A DNA stretch of 64,000 bases. It comes from Eledone cirrhosa (taxonomy: Eukaryota). The position numbers and the translations under genes were made by a program. Positions 39,757 to 49,631 of this stretch are shown piece after piece. Position 1 is the first letter of the stretch; every line of letters begins with the position of its first letter. The stretch is from assembly GCA_964016885.1 (NCBI GenBank), contig OZ024744.1:92566001-92630000 (forward strand). The letters run 5' to 3'. The notes beneath the pieces were generated by a model. The model was not told the origin of the DNA. It saw only the letters and a program-made list of their open reading frames with translations, and did no database searches.

Positions 39757-40350
39757 TCATCATCATCATCATCATCATCATCATTTTACGTCTGCTCTTC
39801 CCTCTTTGCAAGGGTGGGACAGATCTTATTCAGCACAGCATCTCTCCACTTGTCACGGTCCTTCGTCATCTCTAGCATGAGCTTCAACGATCTGAGGTCT
39901 GTTCTCACCACTTTTGCCCATGTTTTTCGTGGTCTACCTCTACCACGTATTCCTTCAACAGGCATTTCCTGGCACTTGTTCACTCATCCTTCATCCTCCA
40001 TGCACATCACATGTCCATACCACCTCAGTCTCCTCTCTCGTACACTACATTCTATCCCTCTCAGACACAGTTTCTCTCTCAACACATCCATGCTCAGTCG
40101 TTCACGCACATTGACACTGCACATCCAACGGAGCATGCTTGCCTCATTTCTCTCCAGCCATTGCATATCCTCTGCAGTTGCTGCCCATGTCTCACTACCA
40201 TGCAGCATCGCGCTCCTCACACAGGCATCATATAACCAGCCTTTCGTACGCAGGGAGAAACCCTTCTTCGTCAGCAGAGGAAGCAGCTCCCTAATTAGAT
40301 CCACTGTTAATTAGATCACCTAGGTAGCAGAAGCTATCAACCATTTCTAT
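39757..40350 (-). mobile_element. RTE LINE 3' fragment (short 3' UTR subfamily, the satellite's parent type)
   Basis: ORFs 39984-40304 and 39786-39983 (LHGSETW, RLRWYGHV, GRGRPRKTW). The stop codon is immediately followed by a (GAT)n tail. Confidence 0.92.
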
Positions 40351-40616
40351 GGGTCCTTCATGTGATTGGAAAAGGTTTTTGTATCACTGATGCTCTTATA
40401 ATCTAACATCTCTTACATATGAAGTCTTATTTTCCTGTTTGCCCCACTATATGTCTTGTGAACCAAAGATTTTTATTGTGTACATTGTATAGAATTTCTG
40501 TCCACTCTTTGTCGGCATATTTGGTATGACCACCACCCTAGAGAACAAAACAAAAGAAGAAGAAAACAGAATTGCAAGGAAATATAGAGGTAACTGAATT
40601 ATGAAAATACATTTAC

Positions 40617-41515
40617 TCATCATCATCGATTAATATCTATCTTCCACGCTAGCATGGGTTAGACGAGTTTGTCCCATTTAGAGGCAAGTTGTGTCGGATG
40701 ACTGTCACTCGCTCATACAGGAGAGTTTATGGCTGGTTTTCTACGGCTGGATGCCCTTCCTAATGCCAACCACATTTACAGTGTGGGCTGGGTTCTTTTT
40801 GCTGTGTCTTTTACACATCCACTTTACAGTGTGGGCTGGGTGCTTTTGGGGCTGGTTTTCTATGGCTGGATATCCTTCCTAACGCCAACCACATTTAGAG
40901 TGTGTGTTGGGTGCTTTTTGCTGTGCTTTTTACATGACCACTCTACAGTGTGGGCTGGGTGCTTTTTGTCATGACACCTACACGATCACTTTACAGTATG
41001 GGCTGGGTGTTCTTTACATTGTGGACTGGGCATCTTTGTCGTGTCACCGACACAACCACTTTACAGTGGGGCCTGGGGATGTTTGTCTTGGGACTAGTGA
41101 GCGTGGAGGAGCTTGGGGAATAATGTGGACAGGGTAGTAGGGGAGGTATGTTTACCACTGAGGGAGGTGAATGAGAGGGAATAGAAGGTTGAGGAAGGTG
41201 TTGCCTACTAGGTATACGCCTCAGCCTGAGAATAGTAGAGGGTGGGTCTTCTGTAAAACTGCATAGCACCAGAGGTCGCAGTCCTAAGTCATTGCCTTTG
41301 AGAGGTGTAATTGTGCAAGGTCAGCCCTTATTACCTCATCCCAAGTCTTCCTAGGCCTGCCAACACCACGGCTACCATCGCCTTTGAGCGCTCTGCACCT
41401 TATTATACTGCTGTTATCCTTCATACGCATCACATGTCCATACCAATGCAATCTCCTCTCCTGCATGCAACAACTGATCCTTCTTAAGCCTAATTTCTCA
41501 CGCAGTGTATTTATA
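40617..41515 (-). mobile_element. RTE LINE 3' fragment with long 3' UTR containing several 48-bp repeats
   Basis: ERRLHWYGHVMRM...GRPRKTWDEV (41284-41510), repeated TTTACAGTGTGGGCTGGGTGCTTT units at 40775-41070, and the CATGGGTTAGAC terminal motif. Confidence 0.85.
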
Positions 41516-41983
41516 CTTATATATGCAAAAAAGTAAATGGCAAACAACAAAGCAAACAATACAGTACAATGAATGTATATACTAGCTTAATGCTTGATAT
41601 AGCAGGAAAAGTATCTTAACTTTTCGGATACTAGTCCTTCATCATAAGATAGAATGAGAAATAAAAGAATAAACAGAAAGATAATGGTAAGTGGAATGAG
41701 AAGAAGAACAGAAAAAAACATTGGAGTAGGGGGAAGAACAAGCATAAATATGTTCAGTCAGTGATTTTGGGATATATGTATCATTACTATCTTTTATGTT
41801 AGCTTTTCCATGTTTGTATGGGTTGGGCAGGTCTTTCAACATCATACATTTATTTCACCATCTCTTCTATGGAGTTCAGGGCTCTGAGATTAGTTTTTAC
41901 ACCCTAACCCAGGTCTTACTCAGGATTTTCCTCTACTGCCACTTCCTTCCATTTGGAAAGAGAAACTTAACATTGGAAGGAAT

Positions 41984-42201
41984 TTAACCCTTTAGCCATT
42001 TAAACTAGCCATATCTGGCCAGAATTATCTCACCGCTTTCTGTTCAAACTGTTCATAACTGGCCACTCATACTGATGTTAAGGTTTTGTTCTCAAAATAA
42101 ATAATATCAAAATCTCATAGATTCAATATTAGGTGAGATAATTATGTGAGGTAAATCCTTTACCACAAAAATACAATAGTAAATATAGATTAATGCTAAA
42201 G
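41984..42201 (+). mobile_element. piggyBac-like MITE copy
   Basis: TTAACCCTTTAGC left end, internal match to the 8810-8990 unit, and a degraded right end TAATGCTAAAG. Confidence 0.7.
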
Positions 42202-42481
42202 ATCCAGAAATAAAACTGCCAACTAAGCATTTTTCCAATAAAACACAACTTGCTTATACAGGTTTCTTGAATTATATATAGGAAGAAGGGCTGGAAAGAG
42301 CATTAGTCTGACCAAGATACTCTCATGGAATATGACTAAATGAGGTTTATTTTTCAATATAGTCCCTGGAAAAGGACAATGCAGTTATTAATAAGAAGAG
42401 TTGAAATTAAATCATGCAAGATTTCACAGCTCTCGCATCTCTCCTTCATAATTCAACCTATGAACATTTTAGCCAACCTTC

Positions 42482-43077
42482 GTATGTATATATGTATATG
42501 TATGTATGTATATATGTATATGCATGTATGTATGTATTTATGTATGTATGTATGTATGTATTTATGTATATCCATGTATGTATTTATGTATGTATGCATG
42601 TATGTATGTATTTATGTATATGCATGTATATATGTATTTATGTATGTATGCATGTATGTATGTATATATGTATATGCATGTATGTATGTATTTATGTATG
42701 TATGTATGTATGTATATATGTATATGCATGTATGTATGTATTTATGTATGTATGCATGTATGTATGTATATATGTATATGCATGTATGTATGTATTTATG
42801 TATGTATGTATGTATATATGTATATGCATGTATGTATGTATTTATGTATGTATGTATGTATATATGTATATGCATGTATGTATGTATTTATGTATGTATG
42901 CATGTATGTATGTATATATGTATATGCATGTATGTATGTATTTATGTATGTATGTATGTATATATGTATATGCATGTATGTATGTATTTATGTATGTATG
43001 CATGTACGTATGTATATATGTATATATGTATATGCATGTATGTATTTATGTATGTATGTATGTATATATGTATGTAT
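42482..43077. repeat. (TATG)n/(TGCATG) complex microsatellite
   Basis: Direct reading. Confidence 0.9.
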
Positions 43078-43775
43078 CCCAGTACAACCTGTCTCATGGT
43101 CGGGTCGTTGGCGACTAAACTGGCAACCCCACCAAGGTTTCTTGGTGAGGAGGGTGACTTTGGACATCCTGCAGGACTAAAAACAAAACCTGTCAAAGGG
43201 CAAAGGAGCTCTTAAGAGTCAATGGCCATCCAAAATCACCGGGAGAGATGACCCCTTAGCCTTTGTCAAGGCAGAATTCTAGGAGATGGAAAACTCTGAT
43301 ATAACACCTGCAACCCTGATGGTATCCAATGATGTTGACTTGTTCTTCTTTTTGGTAAATATCATCTTGGTTAAGAGAGTGGGACTGGCTTTGTGCAGTG
43401 CCTTTGCTCACTATAAAAGCTTCACGGCACAGGCATTGCTTTATATCTGGAGATCTCTGCACTTGTCGTCACAGGGTACCATGGGCCCAGCACTATGTGT
43501 CAATAATTGTCACAAGTGTAGTGTTTGTACCAGAGTTTTCAAGTCGCTGGCTGGAATAAAAAGTCACATTCGTTCAGCGCATCGGTAGGGGTTCTCCTAC
43601 ATGGATATAAAGTAGTGGCCGTACTCGAAAACGAGTTGGCAGCCACCATGTATGTATATATGTATATGCATGTATGTATGTATTTATGTATGTATGCATG
43701 TACGTATGTATATATGTATATGCATGTATGTATGTATTTATGTATGTATGCATGTATGTATGTATATATGTATGT
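43078..43775 (+). mobile_element. Probable non-autonomous RTE/BovB derivative (5' UTR-like part + C2H2-encoding 3' end + (ATGT)n tail)
   Basis: The 3' part encodes CSVCTRVFKSLAGIKSHIRSAHR*, like the last finger of 44429-44878, and ends with a CTCGAAAACGAG hairpin, GCAGCCACC and (ATGT)n. The 3' ~250 bp is duplicated at 45203-45455. Confidence 0.6.
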
Positions 43776-44221
43776 TGTGCACAGTCTCCCCTCACTTTAA
43801 AACAAATCTTCACGTACAGGCATTGCATGATAGCATTAATTGATAATTATTAATAATGTTATATCGTGCAATGGCCATACTTGATAACGAGGGGGCAGCC
43901 ATTATGTGTGTATATATGTATGTGCAGCTTTGGAAGCATCTGATGATGTTGACTAGTTCTCCTTTTTGGGGTAGAGTTCGGTGCTCTTGGAGTGGGATTG
44001 GTCGAATGCAAAACCTTTCCCCACTTAAAAAAACCTTCAAAGAACAGGCATTGTTTGTTCAGGATCTGTTACAGGTTTGTGTGGCTGGCCGTAGCCTAAA
44101 AGTGCACCAAACTCTATAATCTGACAGTGATTGCAGTACTTTTAGCAGAGTTTGCAGCCATCGTGTATGTATGTATGTATATATGTGTGTATGTATGTGT
44201 GTATGTATGTATATATGTGTG

Positions 44222-44888
44222 ACAGTATAGAAGCTCTTGTGCTTAAGCAACGACTCTGTTGGAGTGGTCACCTTGCCAGGATGAAGGATTCTAGAATACC
44301 AAAACAACTCTTTTATGGAGAGTTGGTTAAAGGAAAACGACCGCCACATAAACCAAAAAAGAGGTATAAGGATTCCTTGAAAGCCTCTTTGAAAGACGCT
44401 AACATCTCTGCTGATACATGGGAGAATATTGCTGCTGATCGTAATAAATGGAGAAAGACTATATGAGGGAAAAGTTGCCTTTGAGGCATCTCGAATCGCA
44501 TACGAGAAAGTAAAGCGGGATGTGAGGAAGGGCATTGCTGTTGCACTTCCAGACGGCGAGGGTCCTCCTATGGTGCTGACATGCAGCGTATGTGCGAGAC
44601 TCTGCCTAAGCAAAGCCGGACTCGAAAGTCATCTTCGCAGTCATAAAGTAAGACCAGTGGTTGACTACCAAGCTGCTGTTGGAGATGCTACTCATCATGC
44701 TTGCCAAACATGTGGTAGAGAATCTAAATCAGCAGGAGGGCTCAAGCGACATGCAAAAGTACATGAACTCCAACCACAGCCGACTATTCCCAGTGAATGT
44801 TTTGGTTGCCAACTCTGTGCAAGACATTTTAGATCATTGGCTGGGCTAAAAAGCCACATTCGATCGCAGCGCTGTTAGTTGCTATCGT
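44222..44888 (+). mobile_element. RTE-BovB-type LINE 3' fragment with three C2H2 zinc fingers
   Basis: RLCWSGHLARMKDSRIPKQLFYGEL...KKRYKDSLK, then CSVCARLCLSKAGLESHLRSH, CQTCGRESKSAGGLKRHAKVH and CQLCARHFRSLAGLKSHIRS. One frameshift near 44460. Confidence 0.88.
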
Positions 44889-45073
44889 GTGTGTGTGTGT
44901 AGATATGCCTATGTGTGTGCGTGTGTGTGTATATATATATGTATATGTATATTATTATTGTTGTTGTCGTTATTATTATTGTTGTTATGATTATTATTAT
45001 TATTATTGTTATTAATGTATGTGTGTGTGTATATGTGTGTGTGAGTGTGTGTGTGCGTGTATATGTGTATGTA

Positions 45074-45106
<33 letters not shown>

Positions 45107-45149
45107 ATTTATTTATTATTATTATTATTTTTTTTTTTTTTTTTTCTCC

Positions 45150-45510
45150 TCGTGCAATGGCCATACTCGATAACGAGGGGGCAGCCATCATCATGTATAT
45201 ATGTGCCTTTGCTCACTATAAAAGCTTCATGGCACAGGCATTGCTTTATATCTGGAGATCTCTCTGCACTTTTCATCACATGGTACCATGGGCCCAGCAC
45301 TATGTGTCAATAATTGTCACAGGTGTAGTGTTTGTACCAGAGTTTTCAAGTCGCTGGCTGGACTAAAATGTCACACTCGTTCAGCGTATCGGTAGGGGTT
45401 CTCCTACATGGATATAAAGTAATGGCCGTACTCGAAAACGAGTTGGCAGCCACCATGTGTGTATGTATGTATGTATGTGTGTATGTATGTATGTATGTAT
45501 GTATGTATGT
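45150..45510 (+). mobile_element. Two stacked RTE/BovB-type 3' ends with (ATGT)n tails
   Basis: 45150-45195 matches 43865-43905; 45203-45455 matches 43398-43650. Confidence 0.7.
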
Positions 45511-46020
45511 ACAAGGGTCATCTGGTTGTCTTCATACATCAGCTCCAGGGTCAAGCTGCACCTGTACAAGAGCATTGTGCTGCCGCCAGTGCTTTACACG
45601 AGCGAAACCTGGAAGAGCACGGCAAAGATAGAGAGACGGCTGAACGCTTTCCACCAGTAGTGTCTGCAAATTATTCTTCGTGTGTCCTGGCATGACTGAG
45701 TGTAAAACGACGAAACCCTGCAGAGAGCTGAGGAATGCAAAAGGTAGTCACAGAGCGGTAGGTGCAGAATATGGCTGGCCATATTCTGCACCTACCCAAT
45801 GGATGACACTTGAAAACAGTGATGAACTGGACTCCACCTGAAGGCAAATGGAAGCAGGGTTGTCCCAGAATCACCTGGCAGTGAACATTCCCAAAGGACC
45901 TGATGGAAGTCAACATCACTTGACACGGACGCGAAAAAGCCGCCACTGATTGTGACTGTTGGACTACTTAATGCGCGATGTGCTGAAAGGTGTGGAAGAA
46001 CCAAGACTAAGATTAAGATG
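45511..46020 (+). mobile_element. Degenerate RTE LINE 3' fragment (third family)
   Basis: VKLHLYKSIVLPPVLYTSETW...LNAFHQ, then AGHILHLP and MNWTPPEGKWKQGCPRITW with stops. Confidence 0.8.
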
Positions 46021-46275
46021 AACAAGAGTTGGCTGAAAAATTTGCATTTTGCATGCTGACCAAGATACTCTCATGGAATGACCAAATGAGGTTTATTTTT
46101 CAACATAGTCCTACCTAGAAAGAAAGAATGTGCAATTATTAATAAGAAGATTTGAAATTATATCATGCAAGATTTCACAGTTCTAGCAGCACTCCTTCAT
46201 AGTCCTCCTATGAACATTTCAGCCGTCCATTGTAAAGAGCCAACCAAAGCATTTGTTCAATTAAATACAACTTGT

Positions 46276-46437
46276 TTAACCCTTTAGCATTTAGACCGGC
46301 CATATCTCGTCAGAATTCTCTCACCTCTTTCTGTTCAAACCAGCTGTTCAAAATCTCATAGATTCAATATTATGTGAGATAATTATGTGAGGTAAAATGT
46401 TTACCATGAAAATACAATAGTTTATGTTGAGGGTTAA
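46276..46437 (+). mobile_element. piggyBac-like MITE copy, internally deleted, both TTAA ends present
   Basis: TTAACCCTTTAGCATTTA ... ATGTTGAGGGTTAA. Confidence 0.72.
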
Positions 46438-46474
46438 ACAGGTTTTTCTATCTTAACTTCTAAATTGCCTCAAA

Positions 46475-46518
46475 CAATGGTGATAGTGATGATGATGAGG
46501 ATGATAATGATAATGATA

Positions 46519-46557
<39 letters not shown>

Positions 46558-46665
46558 GTGGTGATGATGGTCAAAAGGATGGTAATGATGATGATCATGA
46601 TGACGATGATGGTTATGATGATGATGGTGATGATGATGATGATGATGATGAAGATGATGGTGATG
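46475..46665. repeat. (GAT)n microsatellite
   Basis: Direct reading. Confidence 0.9.
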
Positions 46666-47223
46666 TCTATTTTTAAATTCTGTTTACTGATTTATTTATT
46701 TAGTTATTTACTAATTATTTATTTATTTTTGTACATACTTGGTAGTCTATGGTTGGAAGAGGTGTGTGTGTGGGGGGGGGGGGGGGTCAAGGATTCTATG
46801 AAGGGGTGTGGAGGGTCGAGAGTCAAACAAATGTTTTGGAGATCCCTGTTCTGTGCAGTTAGTTAACATGCTAGAAATAGCAAGTGAATCACCCTCATAT
46901 ATCATATCATTTATATATATATATATTACCATAGAACCACCTTGAATCATAGACAACCTATATATTTCTGGGGGTACCTTGTACCCTTAGACATATTAAC
47001 TTTATTCATTATTCTCCGTTATGTAGAGAACAAATCTGTCGTTCTATCTAGCTGGTATTTTTTTTTTTTTAGTGGCGACTATAAACAAGTCTGTGATTTC
47101 CCGCCTTCACTTCACACCAGCGTACATACGGGTCACTTTTACGACCTTTCAGACCTATGTTAGCTGAGGACGAGGTCATATATTTTATCGTTCCTGAGGT
47201 TTTTAACCCTAGGAAAGGAAAAT

Positions 47224-47305
47224 GCTTCTCTGATGCTCTTTGTTTTTCCATTAAGATCCATGTGATATCTAATGTTTTGCAAAGTGAAACTGTACAGTAA
47301 GGGCC
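47224..47305 (+). ncRNA. Degenerate hammerhead motif
   Basis: CTTCT-CTGATGC (A9>C), CTTTG...CAAAG hairpin, GAAA (47286-47289), palindromic CTGTACAG, then TA-AGGG. Confidence 0.45.
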
Positions 47306-47418
47306 ATTTGAATAGGTAAATATTTATATTATATTTTTTAATTTTGATTAATTTTAATTTTAAATTAATTTTGATTTATTTTGAAAAATTGGTTGAATTT
47401 TACTTGTTCTGCTTATCT

Positions 47419-47463
<45 letters not shown>

Positions 47464-47575
47464 GTGAAAACTTGGACGGGAACAAAAACAGAGAGGCAGT
47501 ACATTACTGGTACTTTATTTTATCGACCCCATAAGGATAACAGTCAAAGTCTGAATAATAATATTAATAATATTA

Positions 47576-47697
47576 ATTGTTTCTACTTTAGGCACAAGGC
47601 CAGCAATTACCCAGTGCATTACTGGTACTTTATTTTATCGACCCCGTAAGGATGAAAGGCAAAGTCAACCTCGGCGGGATTTGAACTCAGATCGTAA
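47576..47697 (-). mobile_element. SINE family A, 5'-truncated
   Basis: Reverse complement of 13460-13578. Confidence 0.85.
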
Positions 47698-47906
47698 TGT
47701 TCCTCGATGCTGTTGTTGACAAACAGATGATGATAGTCATCGAAAGCAAAACATAGCATAATGAGGCTGTTTGCTAGCAAACAAATCTAATATTATTAAT
47801 AATATTAATAATATTAGATTTGTTTGCTAGCAAACAGCCTCATTATGCTATGTTTTGCTTTCGATGACTATCATCAACTGTTTGTCAACAACAGCATCGA
47901 GGAACA
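47698..47906. repeat. ~209-bp foldback palindrome
   Basis: The ~100-bp arms are reverse complements with one visible mismatch and an AT-only centre. Confidence 0.92.
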
Positions 47907-48160
47907 GCCAACATGTTTCTGGATCATTTCCCTTCACCAGGACTGTATACCTCTCTCTGCTACTTGATTGAACTGTTGAAAATATATAGTGTTTTGTAAA
48001 GAATACATTGGCTGATTCGTCTCATTTGCATACTGATTGACTGTATGGCTGGCCTTGCAGAAAATGCAGAACAAAATTAAAATATGATTTTTTTGCTCTA
48101 ACATAACAGATTACATAAATGTAAATATGGGTTACATCAAATATATTATTATTATTATTA

Positions 48161-48277
48161 TTTAACTTTGCCTTTCATCCTTCCGGGGTCGATAGAATAA
48201 AGTACCAGTAATGCATTGGGTAATTGCTGGCCTTGTGCCAAAAGTAGAAACAATTATTATTATTATTATTATTATTC
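48161..48277 (+). mobile_element. SINE family A 3' half with (ATT)n tail
   Basis: CTTTGCCTTTCATCCTTCCGGGGTCGAT...GTAGAAACAATTATT. Confidence 0.85.
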
Positions 48278-48324
48278 TTTCTTCTGAAGAATGAGAAATA
48301 AGATAGATTGAGGGGACAGGCGGG

Positions 48325-48454
48325 AGATTTTGATATTATTTATTTTAAGAACAATACCTTAACATCAGTTTGAGTGACCAGTTACAGCCAGTTTCAACAG
48401 AAAAAGGTAGAGAATTCTGGCCGGATTTGGCCGGTTTGAACACTAAAGGGTTAA
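48325..48454 (-). mobile_element. piggyBac-like MITE partial copy
   Basis: Ends in CTAAAGGGTTAA and is the reverse complement of the MITE left half. Confidence 0.65.
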
Positions 48455-48568
48455 GTCATATGTATCATATAACTTGTTTTAGGGCAGGATGCGTGTGTGT
48501 ATATGTGTGTGTCTGTGACCAGTGTATATAGGCCACAGACTCCATCACACATATATACACACACGCAC

Positions 48569-48603
<35 letters not shown>

Positions 48604-49002
48604 TATATATATACACACACATGCACATATATATATATATTTATACACACACATATATATACACACACACGCACATATATATATATTTATACACACACAT
48701 ATATATACACACACACACACATATATATATATATGGGCCTTCCAATCTCATTTTACATTATATATATGCCTGCATATATTTTAATTATTTAAAAATCATT
48801 TTTAAGTGAACATGATTTTTAAAATATACTTTCAAGTGAAAATGACCTAACAGGTCATGGGTGGTCTAGTATTATTATAAAGACATCCAGTTCCAAAGAT
48901 GATTTTGTTGGTTATTGGCAGTATTTTCAGGAATCTGCAACAAGATCTAGAAGATAGTGACAAGCCCAAAGGTCAGATATACTATAAAACATATACCAAA
49001 AT

Positions 49003-49051
<49 letters not shown>

Positions 49052-49631
49052 GACTCTCCTTCTCCCTTCCACTCCCCATCTCCCTCTCTGCCTAAGTGTT
49101 TAAGACTTAAATCTTGACAAAAATCAATGATGTAAAGATGTTGACAATCTACTGTCAATGACAACTCCCTTGATTTAGGTGGAAAAAAAATGGAAGGTAT
49201 ACCTTTGGTGGACATCACGAGACAACACAACATATAAACTAAGCCAATTTATAATGATAAAAACCCAAAGAACATCTTTTTTAAATATCCAATAACGATT
49301 AGCTTCCTTCCATGAAGAACTTCTGGCACTTCATTACTAAAAGTTCAGCATCCATATACATCACATGACCATGTCAGCACATTCTTCTCTCCTACACACA
49401 ACATTTGATTCCTCTTAGACACAGTTTTTTCTCTCACCTCATCCATTCATCCGTGATTTGTCAGTCATGACCAGCAACATATCCACATGTTTGTATAACC
49501 TATGATTGTATAAGCATCTGATGAAGTCACATGCATAACCATCTAACAGAAATATTTATCATGCAATAAAGCAATTATGGTGAAATAACCCCATCTGAAA
49601 TATTTTAAATTATATATATATATATATATAT

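Noticed and set aside
42340-42457. Two mini-exons joined by a 62-nt GT-AG intron on minus (LNYEGEMREL/DYIEK)
   Set aside because: The spliced frame stops after five codons, the upstream acceptor is weak, and the duplicate at 46.1 kb does not cleanly preserve the junction.
42340-43215. MYVC-repeat ORFs
   Set aside because: They are translations of the (TATG)n microsatellite.
47720-47750. Hammerhead-like TGATGA...GAAA in the palindrome arm
   Set aside because: There is no C at the core start, stem II would overlap the core, and there is no stem I or III.
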